Shown: positions 17,140-26,124 of the stretch, in pieces
How the letters are laid out: every line of letters starts with the position of its first letter
Position numbering within the stretch: position 1 is the stretch's first letter
DNA from: Microbacteriaceae bacterium
Lineage (GTDB): Bacteria; Actinomycetota; Actinomycetes; Actinomycetales; Microbacteriaceae
Length of the DNA stretch: 37,269 bases
Assembly: GCA_030840105.1 (NCBI GenBank)
Contig: JAUZGC010000259.1
Span: forward strand, 1 to 37,269
Reading direction: 5' to 3'
Position numbers and translations under genes: made by a program
Notes under the pieces: generated by a model
What the model was told of the DNA's origin: nothing
The model's input: the letters and a program-made list of their open reading frames with translations, nothing else
The model's database searches: none

Positions 17140-17991
17140 TCAGGCGGTCACGGTGGCCGGGACCGCGCGGTCGATGAAGTCCTTGATGACGCGTTGGAAC
17201 TCGTCGCGCTCTTCGAACTGCGGGGAATGCCCCGACTTCTCGAAGATGACGAGCTCCGAGTTCGGGATGAGGCGCGCGATCGTCTCGGACGAACTCACCG
17301 GCGTGACCCAGTCGCGCCGGCCGACCGTCACGAGAGTCGGCACCGTGATGGCTGGCAGCTGGTCCTTGAGGTCGTAGTTCGCCCAGTTGTGCTGGAAGCA
17401 CCAGTTGTGAGCCTCGTGCCGGTAGATTCCAGCTTCGACGCGCGCGGCGGATGCCACCGGGTCGTACTCGAAGTCGTACAGCGGGATGATCTCCGCCCAC
17501 CTGGCTTTGAGGTCTGCGTCGTCGTAGATGTTGCCTGTCCAGTACCGGTTGAAGTTGTCCCAGTTGATCTCGACCCGGTCCTGGTTTCGCGCGTTCTCGA
17601 AGGCGAGCTCGAGGTTGCTGCCGTCGGCCGAGGTGTCGCGGAGCATGATCGCCGACACGTGCTCCGGGTACCGCACCGCGTACTCGAGGGCGATGAAGCC
17701 GCCGTATGACCCGCCCGCGACCACGATCGTGTCCGCGCCTGCCCACTGCCGCAGGCCGTCGACATCGGCCGCCCACTGCTCGTGCGAGTACGGCGCGATG
17801 GCCTCGCTGCGTCCACAGCCGCGTGCATCGAAGACGATGACCCTGAACCGGTCGGCGAGCGTGCCGAAGGTACCCTTCGGCTCGGCCAGTGAGCCGATAC
17901 CCCCGCCACCGTGGTGCGCGATGAGCACGGGGCCGTCCTCCGGACCATACACTTCGACGTTCAGCCTGCAGCCATTGATGGTGACATCCAT
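17140..17991 (-). CDS. Alpha/beta hydrolase (S33 proline-iminopeptidase-like)
   Basis: HHGGGG oxyanion region, GGSYGG nucleophile elbow, C-terminal SGHSPQ with the catalytic His. GGGAGGA RBS. Confidence 0.7.
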   Translation of the reverse strand: MDVTINGCRLNVEVYGPEDGPVLIAHHGGGGIGSLAEPKGTFGTLADRFRVIVFDARGCGRSEAIAPYSHEQWAADVDGLRQWAGADTIVVAGGSYGGFIALEYAVRYPEHVSAIMLRDTSADGSNLELAFENARNQDRVEINWDNFNRYWTGNIYDDADLKARWAEIIPLYDFEYDPVASAARVEAGIYRHEAHNWCFQHNWANYDLKDQLPAITVPTLVTVGRRDWVTPVSSSETIARLIPNSELVIFEKSGHSPQFEERDEFQRVIKDFIDRAVPATVTA

Positions 17992-18033
17992 TGTCGTGCG
18001 TCCTCCCGGGAGTCCTGTGTCAGTAGTTGTGCG

Positions 18034-19743
18034 TCAGTTGTTCTGCGCCACGCTGGATTCCCAGCGGGCGACGTTGTCGGCCAGGACCGTCAGCGGCACC
18101 GCGCCGCTGCCGAGGACCGTGCCGTGAAAATCGACGAGCGAAAACTGCGCCCCGAGTCGTTCCCTGGCCTGCTCACGGAGGCGCCCGATCTCCAGGCGGC
18201 CGATCATGTATGCGAGGGCCTGCCCCGGCCAGGCGATGTACCTGTCCACCTCGTTGCGCACGTGCGACATGGTGGTCGCCGTGTTGTTCCACATGAACTC
18301 GACGGCCTGCTGCCTGGACCAGCCGAAGTGGTGGATGCCCGTGTCGACCACGAGGCGGCACGCGCGAAGGGCGCGGAACGAGAGCATGCCCAGCCGGGCG
18401 ATGTCGTCGCTGTACAGGCCGATCTCGTCGGCGAACTGCTCGGAGTAGAGTCCCCAGCCCTCGTTGAAGCTGCATGCCTCGACATCGAGATACCGGCGAT
18501 ACCGCGGGATGTCGAGCTTCTGGGCCGTCGCAAGCTGCATGTGGTGGCCCGGGACCGACTCGTGAAACGCGAGCGCTTCGTACTCGAAACGGAACCGGCT
18601 TTGCGGATCGGTCGCCAGAAGGCAGTGAGCGCCCGGACGGCTTCCGTCGACCGCCGGCGGGCGGTAGTAGGCCATTGCGGTGTGCGCGGCCTCGATCGCG
18701 TTGATCTCCTCGATGACACAGTCCGGGATGTCATACGCCGGAAAGTAGCGGTCGCGCACGGCGTTCGCACGGTCGAGCGCCCCCTGCGCGACTCCGACGA
18801 TCTCCTCGCTGGTGTCGAAGCGGAGGGAGGTGTCCGAGCGCATCCGCTCAGCAATGACGGCGAGATCGCTTTCGCCGATCGCCCGCGTGCCGACCTCGCT
18901 CCATTGGGAGCGCATCTCGTCGAGCACGTCGAGACCGATCTGGTGGATCTCAGCCGGGGAAAGCGCGGTCGTCGTGTGCCGAGCAACGGATGCGAGGTAG
19001 CCGTCGTCTCCGCCTGGCATGTATCTGACGCCGACCTTGTCGTCCGGCCGCCCCAGGGAACGGAACTCGGTGCGCAGCCGGTCCGCGAGGGACTGCATCG
19101 CCGGGCGGATTTCGCGTTCGACAATGGCGGTGGCCCGCGCGAGGTCGCGAGCATCCGCCCCCGACCGCATCACGTTGAGCAACACGTCTCCGTCGAGGCC
19201 CAACGCGAGGTACCCCTGGAGTTGTTGGATCGAGTGAGTGACACCCTGCTGCGTGGGGTAGCGACCGCGCCCCACCTCGACCGCGTACCGGTCGCCGAGC
19301 GCGGTGAGAACGCCCGCGACGCCCGAGAGCCGCTCGAGGTACCGGTCTGCGCTGTCCCGGTCGGTGACCGTCATGGCCGGCATCGCCTGGAAGACCAAAG
19401 CCTGCCTGCTGACATAGCTCTTCGCGGACACGTTTCCGGCCCAGAGCGAGTGCTGTGCGTCCTGTTGCGCGCCCCGCACGAGCACCGTCAGCACGCTGTG
19501 GTCGATGAGGTTCTTCTCGTCGAGTGTCGTCGCGTCGATCGCGGCGACCTCCTCGCCGATGGCGGCGAGATCGGCTGCGGCCTTCTCGCTCGCTTCGATG
19601 CTCGGGTCGCCAGGGAGGTGGTCGAACTCACTCAGCCCGAGGAGCGTCGCGTTGTACGGGTCGTAGGTGTGCTGGGTCGTGAAATAGCGTTCGCCGAGCT
19701 CGCCGAGGCGAGTGGTCGCATCCTGTGTCGTCGTGTCGATCAT
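18034..19743 (-). CDS. DUF885 family protein (putative metallopeptidase)
   Basis: ORF 18034..20217 trimmed to ATG 19743 (MIDTTTQDATTRLGE..), because the extension overlaps the SDR gene. HESVPGHHMQ metal-binding-like motif, EGWGLYSE, WPGQALAY, 569 aa. Confidence 0.7.
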   Translation of the reverse strand: MIDTTTQDATTRLGELGERYFTTQHTYDPYNATLLGLSEFDHLPGDPSIEASEKAAADLAAIGEEVAAIDATTLDEKNLIDHSVLTVLVRGAQQDAQHSLWAGNVSAKSYVSRQALVFQAMPAMTVTDRDSADRYLERLSGVAGVLTALGDRYAVEVGRGRYPTQQGVTHSIQQLQGYLALGLDGDVLLNVMRSGADARDLARATAIVEREIRPAMQSLADRLRTEFRSLGRPDDKVGVRYMPGGDDGYLASVARHTTTALSPAEIHQIGLDVLDEMRSQWSEVGTRAIGESDLAVIAERMRSDTSLRFDTSEEIVGVAQGALDRANAVRDRYFPAYDIPDCVIEEINAIEAAHTAMAYYRPPAVDGSRPGAHCLLATDPQSRFRFEYEALAFHESVPGHHMQLATAQKLDIPRYRRYLDVEACSFNEGWGLYSEQFADEIGLYSDDIARLGMLSFRALRACRLVVDTGIHHFGWSRQQAVEFMWNNTATTMSHVRNEVDRYIAWPGQALAYMIGRLEIGRLREQARERLGAQFSLVDFHGTVLGSGAVPLTVLADNVARWESSVAQNN

Positions 19744-19769
19744 GTCTAGCCCCCTGGTCCGCGTCGGAC

Positions 19770-20468
19770 CTAGAACAGGGAGTGCCCCCCGTCGATTGAA
19801 ATGGTCTGACCGCTCACCCAGCCGGCCTCTGGCGATACGAAGAATTCGACCCCGCGGGCGATGTCGGCGGGCGTCCCGGTCTTGCGGGTCGCGATGCGCT
19901 CGAGCAGCGCGCGCTGGCCATCCTCCCCGTAGCTCTCCCACTGCTTCTGAGTGGTCGGGTTCGACAGGACGAAGCCGGGTGCGATGCAGTTGACGGTGAT
20001 CCCGTACTGGCCGAGCTCGTGTGCCATCTGTCGTGTGAAGCCGATCTGCGCGGCTTTTGCCGAGGTGTACGCCTGGATGCCGGTGAGGCTCACGCTTCGG
20101 CCGGCCCCGGAGGAGATCATCACGATCCGCCCGTAGCCTCGCTTCTTCATCACGCGCGCCGCTGCCCTCGTGCAGTTCATCGTCGTCGTGAGGTTCGCCG
20201 AGATCACGGCGTTCCACAACTCGTCGCTCAGCTCATCGATCGGGGTGTGGGTCTGGCCGACCACACCGCCGGCGTCGTTGACGAGGATGTCGATCTCACC
20301 CACGGAGGCGAAGAATGCTTCGACCGCGGCCGAATCGCTGAGGTCGACCGTGTCCTTGTCGACTTCGTGCACCGTCGCACCCGCGGCCGCCAGCCGGTCC
20401 GCGATCGCGCGTCCGATGCCTTGGGCTGTACCGGTGACTACCGCGACCATTCCATTGAGCTCTGCCAT
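19770..20468 (-). CDS. Short-chain dehydrogenase/reductase (SDR)
   Basis: VTGTAQGIGRA, NDAG, YTSAKAA, APGFV. The start lies 1 nt after the RpiR stop. Confidence 0.85.
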   Translation of the reverse strand: MAELNGMVAVVTGTAQGIGRAIADRLAAAGATVHEVDKDTVDLSDSAAVEAFFASVGEIDILVNDAGGVVGQTHTPIDELSDELWNAVISANLTTTMNCTRAAARVMKKRGYGRIVMISSGAGRSVSLTGIQAYTSAKAAQIGFTRQMAHELGQYGITVNCIAPGFVLSNPTTQKQWESYGEDGQRALLERIATRKTGTPADIARGVEFFVSPEAGWVSGQTISIDGGHSLF

Positions 20469-20469
20469 G

Positions 20470-21351
20470 TCATCCTTCTTCTTCCTGGTTGTCCAAGGGC
20501 ATCGTCGCGCTGTATGCGCGTGCGATGTGCACGGATTCTTCCCACTGCTTCATCCGCTGGACCCCGCGGTCGCCACGTTCGAGCAGCACTCCCTCGACGA
20601 GTGCCTCGAGGAGGACGATGAGGCCGACGACCGAATCGAACGGGATGCCATCGACATGCACAGGCAGGACGATGTCGGCGCTCTCCGCGGCGGGCGACAG
20701 CCCCTGGTCGGTGATGACGATCACCGTGGCACCCTGCGCCTTGGCGAGGTCGGCGGCCTGCTTCGACGCCAATTCGTAGCGGCGGAAGTCGAGGATGATC
20801 GCAATGCCGTTCGCGTTCAGTCGCAGCATCTTGCTGATGTCGTGGCCGAACGGCTCGCTCACGAAGTCCACATTGGGGATGGCCTGGTCGAGCTGGGCGG
20901 CAAGGAGCATGGCGAAATAGCGCGTGAAGTACCCGCCGGAGACGGTGACCTGACGCGGCTTGGCTGCCAGCGCCCGAACGGCCCGGTCGAATTCGCTCGG
21001 GGGCACGCTCGTCGACAGCGCCTCGACGAGTGCGACCTTCTCCGTTATCGCGCGCTGCAACGGCGCTGTCATGTCCTGGGCGAGCCTGGCGTGTTCCGTG
21101 CGACTCACCGGGCTATACACGCTGTGCGTGATCTCTTCACGCAGGCGGCGCTGAAAATCGGGATAGCTTCCGATACCCAGACGCGTCACCAGGCGCAGCA
21201 CCGTCGGCGTGCTCGTGCCCGCGGCCTTCGCGAGAGTTGCCGCGCTCTCGAGGCCGGCAGTCGGATAGTTGGAGAGCAGGGCGCGCGCGACCTTCTTCTC
21301 GGCCGGGCTCAGTTCGCCCATGCGAGCGAAGATCTCATCATTGATCGGCAT
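20470..21351 (-). CDS. MurR/RpiR family transcriptional regulator (HTH_6 plus SIS domain)
   Basis: N-terminal LSPAEKKVARALLSNYPTAGLESAATLAKAAGTSTPTVLRLVTRLG. The C-terminal SIS-like part includes VTVSGGYFT and AIILDFRRY. 293 aa. Confidence 0.85.
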   Translation of the reverse strand: MPINDEIFARMGELSPAEKKVARALLSNYPTAGLESAATLAKAAGTSTPTVLRLVTRLGIGSYPDFQRRLREEITHSVYSPVSRTEHARLAQDMTAPLQRAITEKVALVEALSTSVPPSEFDRAVRALAAKPRQVTVSGGYFTRYFAMLLAAQLDQAIPNVDFVSEPFGHDISKMLRLNANGIAIILDFRRYELASKQAADLAKAQGATVIVITDQGLSPAAESADIVLPVHVDGIPFDSVVGLIVLLEALVEGVLLERGDRGVQRMKQWEESVHIARAYSATMPLDNQEEEG

Positions 21352-21421
21352 GGTGCTCCTTCCTCTCGGCTCGATTCTCAGACGGGTCCGTGCGCAGTTC
21401 CGTGCGCGTCGGCTGCCGTCC

Positions 21422-22372
21422 TCACGTCAGCATGACAAGGCCATCGCGGTCCTCGAACGCAGCAAACATCGTCGGTGAGTTGTGTGCCACGACGACGCGT
21501 CCGTCCCCGCCGACGCTGACGAGTCCCCCGCTGGCGTCCTTCGCGGTGAGCTCATTCGCGATCGTCTGCGTCACGGCCTCGCCGAGCCCGGAACCCAGAT
21601 AACGGATGCGCGCGGCGATGTCGTATGCGACGACTCCCCGGATGAACGCCTCGCCCTCGCCGGTGCATGAGACCGCGGCGAGCCCGTCGCGAGCGTAGTT
21701 GCCTGCGCCGATGATGGGGGTGTCGCCGACCCGGCCCATCTCCTGGTTCGCCATGCCACCGGTGGATGTCGCTGCGGCCACGTGTCCGTGGGAATCCCGG
21801 GCGACTGCTCCGACCGTTCCATGCCGGGGTGCCGCCAGGCGCAGCTCCTGGATCCGGGCGAGCTGGCGGATGCGCGGCTCGGTGATGAAGTAATCCTGCT
21901 CGACGGTCTCGTGTCCCCACCCTGCAACGAGCTCTTCGCTCGGGGAGACCAGGAAGAGATGGGGGCTTCGCTCCATCACACTGCGCGCGAGGTACACCGG
22001 GTTCTTGGCGTGGCGCGATGCGGCGATCGCTCCGGCACGCCCCACGCCGTCCATGACGGAAGCGTCCAGTTCCACCTCACCGTCGGTGGTCAGCGCCGCC
22101 CCCCGGCCGGCGTTGAACAACGGATTGTTCTCCAGCTGCTCGACCGCGGCACACACCGCGTCGAGCGCACTGCCACCGCGCGCGAGTATGGCGCGACCCG
22201 CTCCGTGGGCGAGGGCGAGCCCCTCCTCGAACGAGGCCTTGCTCTCCTGGGACAGCTCATTGATCTGACCACCCGCTCCACCGTGCAGTGCAAGGGCGAA
22301 ACCGTTCTGCGGAGCGACATCCCACAGCTTGGTGGTGCGCGGCGGCGCAATCGCTTCTTCGTTTACCGACAT
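21422..22372 (-). CDS. iaaA: Isoaspartyl peptidase / plant-type L-asparaginase (Ntn hydrolase, asparaginase_2)
   Basis: LALHGGAG, NAGRGAALT, autoprocessing site HGTVGAVA, STGG and GRVGDTPIIGAG. Confidence 0.85.
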   Translation of the reverse strand: MSVNEEAIAPPRTTKLWDVAPQNGFALALHGGAGGQINELSQESKASFEEGLALAHGAGRAILARGGSALDAVCAAVEQLENNPLFNAGRGAALTTDGEVELDASVMDGVGRAGAIAASRHAKNPVYLARSVMERSPHLFLVSPSEELVAGWGHETVEQDYFITEPRIRQLARIQELRLAAPRHGTVGAVARDSHGHVAAATSTGGMANQEMGRVGDTPIIGAGNYARDGLAAVSCTGEGEAFIRGVVAYDIAARIRYLGSGLGEAVTQTIANELTAKDASGGLVSVGGDGRVVVAHNSPTMFAAFEDRDGLVMLT

Positions 22373-22374
22373 TC

Positions 22375-23211
22375 CTAGCGGCCCCCTGCCTGACGCGTGA
22401 TGTATGTGACAGCGACGAACGACGTGAAGACACCGAGCAGGTCCGTGCCCTCGATCCTGGCGCCGCGCTCTGCGGTCCGGTCGACGCCGCGGACCCAGGT
22501 GGCGACATCCGCAATGTCTCCGGTCTGGAACTCGAGGTCGAGCGTGGCCGGCCGAGCGATTCGCGGCAGCTCGACGGTGCCATTCGCAACCCGTTCCACG
22601 GCCTCACGTGCACCCTCACGGATGAGGCGGCACGACTCGGTCGGGTGCAGGTTCTTCGCGCTCGCGCGGGAGATGGACTGCTTGGTGACCACGTTCACGG
22701 CGCCGGCGGCGAATGGAGCCGTTTCCTCCCACGTGACCTCGTCGCCCGAGACGAACGCGATCGGAACGCCGAAGTGATCCGCCACCAGAGCATTGATGCC
22801 GCTCTCGCCGACGTAGGTGCCGTTGACCTTCGCACCCGAGAACACCTCGGGATTGTAGGTGTGCGACATCGTCGACGGCCGGCCAGAGATCGACCCGTGG
22901 TAGCCGACGAAGAAGACCGCGTCGAAGCTCTCGTCGAGGCCCTCCATCATGTAGCGGGGCTTGTGCCTGCCGGAGATGTACTGGGCGCCGCCAGCGAGGC
23001 TGCGAGGGTCGAGGTTCGCCATCCTGCTGTGCGAGTCGTTGACCACGACCTCGGTCGCACCTCCGGCAATCGCGCCTTCGATGGCAGCGTTGACCTCGCC
23101 CAGGAGCAGGGCACAGCCAAGCTCGTACGTGGCGCCGTTGCCTGGCCGGCACTGGTCCCAGTCGACGACGCCCGCGACGCCCTCCATATCGATGGACATC
23201 CAGACCTTCAT
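22375..23211 (-). CDS. dppA: D-aminopeptidase DppA (peptidase M55)
   Basis: ORF 22375..23283 trimmed to ATG 23211 (AAGGAAGG RBS; ATGA overlap with the ATPase stop). MKVWMSIDMEGVAGV, VVVNDSH, FVGYHG and MSHTY match the M55 pattern. Confidence 0.85.
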   Translation of the reverse strand: MKVWMSIDMEGVAGVVDWDQCRPGNGATYELGCALLLGEVNAAIEGAIAGGATEVVVNDSHSRMANLDPRSLAGGAQYISGRHKPRYMMEGLDESFDAVFFVGYHGSISGRPSTMSHTYNPEVFSGAKVNGTYVGESGINALVADHFGVPIAFVSGDEVTWEETAPFAAGAVNVVTKQSISRASAKNLHPTESCRLIREGAREAVERVANGTVELPRIARPATLDLEFQTGDIADVATWVRGVDRTAERGARIEGTDLLGVFTSFVAVTYITRQAGGR

Positions 23212-24245
23212 ACGGTTGCCTTCCTTGCTGTGCTCACCCTGAGCGCGATCGAGTGCGCCGGCAATTCCGACGCGCGGATACAAGCGCTCTCATGCCCCTC
23301 CGCCACCGGCGCGAGGCCGGGGTCTGTCGACCTGCAGTCGTCCGTCGCATATGGGCAGCGCGGATTGAAGCGGCAGCCGGCAGGCACGTTGAACGGGCTC
23401 GGCGGCTCGCCCTCGAGCACGAACTCTTCGTTGACGCTCTCGGCGGTCATCCGCGGGATCGAGTCGATGAGGGCTCGAGTGTACGGATGCTGCGGATTGC
23501 TGAAGAGCTCAGCCGTTTCGGCGACTTCGACGATGCGACCCAGATACATGACGGCCACGCGCTGGCTGAGGTGCTGCACGACGGCCAGGTTGTGCGCGAC
23601 GAACAGGATACTGAGGCCGAGCTCGCGCTGAAGGGAGGCAAAGAGGTCGAGGATCGTCGCCTGCACGGAGACGTCGAGGGCCGACACCGGTTCGTCAGCG
23701 ATCAGGATGTCGGGCCGAACGGCGAGTGCCCGCGCTATGGCGATGCGTTGACGCTGCCCGCCGGAGAACTGGCTCGGGTAGGCCTCGAGCGCGTCCTCTT
23801 CGAGCCCGACGAGATTGAGGAGCCGAACGCTCTCGGCGCGCACCTCTTTCCTGGGCACGATCTTGTGCAGCAACAGGAGCTCTTTGAGCATCGAACCGAC
23901 CGAGATCCTCGGGTTGAGCGAGGAATACGGGTCCTGGAAGACCATCTGGATGCGCCGGCTGGCGTCCTTGTCGCGGTGGGTCGGCATCGGCTCGCCGTGA
24001 TATTCGAGCTCTCCAGAGGTCGCAGTCGTGCCGCCGACAAGGATCTTGGCGAGCGTGGACTTGCCCGATCCTGACTCCCCGACGAGCGCGAGGATCTCGC
24101 CCTAGTTCAGCTGGAGGTCCACGCCGTCGAGCGCGCGGAGGCTGCTGTGACCGTTCTCGCGGCGCGTGAGCCGCGACGCGAGCGACGTCTGCAGGTGGTA
24201 GGACTTCGTGATGGCCGCGACGCGCAGCACCGGCAAGTCCGTCAT
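23208..24245 (-). pseudogene. Dpp/Opp-type ABC transporter ATP-binding protein (DppF/OppF-like) interrupted by an in-frame TAG at codon 48 (24104-24102)
   Basis: ORFs 24102..24566 and 23208..23987 are in the same frame. Reading through the TAG gives [139 protein letters not shown]. The stop therefore sits just before Walker A. ATGA overlaps with both neighbours (24242-24245, 23208-23211). Confidence 0.85.
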
Positions 24246-25234
24246 GCTGCGACCTCCTCGAAGATGCTGCGCGATTGGATGCACGCGGCCTCGTGACCGG
24301 GCGCAACCAGCACGCTCGGCGGCATGGCCACCCTGCAGGCGTCCACCGCGAATGCGCAGCGAGGCGCGAAGGGGCATCCGTCGGGCCGCGCGGCCAGGTT
24401 CGGCGGGAAGCCCGGAATCGGCACGAGCTCGCGTTCCGGCTGGTCGAAATCGGGGGCCGAGTCGAGCAGCCCCTTGGTGTACGGATGCCTGGGGTCGCTG
24501 AACACGTCCTTCACGCGCCCCGACTCCACGATGTGACCCGAATACATGACGGCGAGGTCGCTGCACGTCTGGTTCACGACCGCCAGGTCGTGCGTGACGA
24601 ACGCGAGCGACGCACCGGAGTCCGCGCAGAGTTCTTCGAGCACCCTGAGGACCTGATGTTGCACCGTCACGTCGAGTGCCGTGGTCGGCTCGTCGCAGAG
24701 CAGGAGCTTGGGGCCGCAGGAGAGCGCCATCGCGATCATGATGCGCTGGCGCAGTCCGCCGGAGAGTTCGTGCGGATACGCACGTGCCCGCCTGGCGGGG
24801 TCGGGGATGCCCGTCTTCGCCATCATCTCGATGGCGAGCTTCATGGCATCCTTCTTCGACAGTCCGAGATAGCGACGCGGACCCTCGGCGATCTGCTCCC
24901 CGACCCGGATCACTGGGTTGAGCGCCGTCATTGGCTCCTGGAAGATCATCGCGATCTCCGGTCCCATCAGCCGCCTGCGCGCGGGAGTCTCCATGCCGAT
25001 GAGTTCAACGCCGTCGTAGCGGATGCTGCCAGAGAGCACCTCGACGCCCGCCGGCAGGAGGTCTGCAATGGCGCGCAGCGTCAGCGACTTGCCGGAACCC
25101 GATTCGCCGACGATGCCAAAGCGTTCTCCGCGCTGGATGTCGAACGACAGGTCGTCGACGATGATGGTGTCTGCGCGCTTCGGCCGGCGCACACCGATCG
25201 TGAGCGACGTCACGCTGAGTAGTGGCTGGGTCAT
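24242..25234 (-). CDS. Dpp/Opp-type ABC transporter ATP-binding protein (DppD/OppD-like)
   Basis: ORF 24242..25390 trimmed to ATG 25234 ([11 protein letters not shown]..). [45 protein letters not shown] and the C-terminal HPYTKGLL oligopeptide-ATPase tail. Confidence 0.9.
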   Translation of the reverse strand: MTQPLLSVTSLTIGVRRPKRADTIIVDDLSFDIQRGERFGIVGESGSGKSLTLRAIADLLPAGVEVLSGSIRYDGVELIGMETPARRRLMGPEIAMIFQEPMTALNPVIRVGEQIAEGPRRYLGLSKKDAMKLAIEMMAKTGIPDPARRARAYPHELSGGLRQRIMIAMALSCGPKLLLCDEPTTALDVTVQHQVLRVLEELCADSGASLAFVTHDLAVVNQTCSDLAVMYSGHIVESGRVKDVFSDPRHPYTKGLLDSAPDFDQPERELVPIPGFPPNLAARPDGCPFAPRCAFAVDACRVAMPPSVLVAPGHEAACIQSRSIFEEVAA

Positions 25235-25236
25235 CG

Positions 25237-26124
25237 TCACTTCCTCCTCTCGGGGCTGAGCAGGTCGGAGAGACCGTCGCCCAGCCAGGACAAGCCGAGG
25301 CTCGTCACGACGACGACGAGGCCGGGGATGGTCGCCTGCTGCCACTGCGTCGTGATGAATTCCTGGCCATCGTTGATCATGCTTCCCCACTCCGCGGTCG
25401 GCGGATTGATGCCGAGGCCGAGGTAGCCGAGGGTGACGATCGCCATGATGTCCATCACGATGTCGCTCATGCCGTAGATGATCGCCTGGGAGAGAACGTT
25501 CGGGCCGATGTGCCTGGTCAGGATGCGGGCGTGCGACATGCCGCCGAGGCGGGCGGCCACCACGTAGTCCTGCTTCTTCGCGATGAGTACCTCACCGCGG
25601 ACGATCCGCGCGTACGACACCCACGAGACGGCCGCGATCGCGATGTAGATGCTTGCCTCACCCGCGCCGAGAACGAAGACGAGCGCGATGACCATCACGT
25701 AGAAGGGGAACGCGAAGAAGATGTCGACGATCCGCATGAGCACCGTGTCGAGCCAGCCGCCGAAGTAGCCGGCGATCGCACCGAGCACGGATCCGACCAC
25801 GAAAGGAATGAGCACGGCGAGGAATCCGACCCGAAGGTCGACCTGGGCGCCCCAGATCAGGCGCGAGAGCACATCGCGTCCGAACTTGTCCGTGCCCAGC
25901 CAGTGCGCGGCACTCGGCGGCTGCAGCACGTCCGTCAGATGCTGGGCGATCGGGTCGTATGGTGCCAGGACCGGCGCCAGGACTGCGACCAGCACGAGCA
26001 GTCCGACGACAACGATGCCCGCCATGAGCGAACCGTTGCGGTACCAGGCCTTGATCGAGCGCGATCGGACGGCACGGCGTCGCGCCTGGAAGCCGGCGAG
26101 GGCCGCGGTCGGTGTCGTCATCAT
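25237..26124 (-). CDS. Dpp/Opp-type ABC transporter permease (DppC/OppC-like)
   Basis: ORF 25237..26505 trimmed to ATG 26124 (ATGA overlap with the upstream permease stop). N-terminal TM region followed by WLGTDKFGRDVLSR. BPD-transporter EAA-like loop ARLGGMSHARILTRHIGPN. Confidence 0.85.
   Translation of the reverse strand: MMTTPTAALAGFQARRRAVRSRSIKAWYRNGSLMAGIVVVGLLVLVAVLAPVLAPYDPIAQHLTDVLQPPSAAHWLGTDKFGRDVLSRLIWGAQVDLRVGFLAVLIPFVVGSVLGAIAGYFGGWLDTVLMRIVDIFFAFPFYVMVIALVFVLGAGEASIYIAIAAVSWVSYARIVRGEVLIAKKQDYVVAARLGGMSHARILTRHIGPNVLSQAIIYGMSDIVMDIMAIVTLGYLGLGINPPTAEWGSMINDGQEFITTQWQQATIPGLVVVVTSLGLSWLGDGLSDLLSPERRK

Noticed and set aside
16157-17776. Over-extended N-termini in track ORFs: 16157..17776, 18034..20217, 12761..14497, 25237..26505, 28594..30321, 31627..32472, 8855..10129, 1609..2481 and 953..1717
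   Set aside because: The extensions overlap the upstream neighbour's conserved coding region and are Arg/Pro-rich junk. Internal starts give family-typical N-termini, RBS-like sequences and ATGA coupling, so I trimmed them.
10900-24104. Genetic-code reassignment or pyrrolysine-type decoding of TAG as the explanation for the two in-frame amber codons
   Set aside because: TAG serves as the apparent natural terminator of at least seven well-delimited genes in this window, with stops at 5694, 10015, 19770, 22375, 28594, 31627 and 36622. No pylTSBCD-like genes or tRNA are visible here. Nonsense mutation, sequencing error or low-level read-through is more parsimonious. The idea is kept as something to check, not as a claim.
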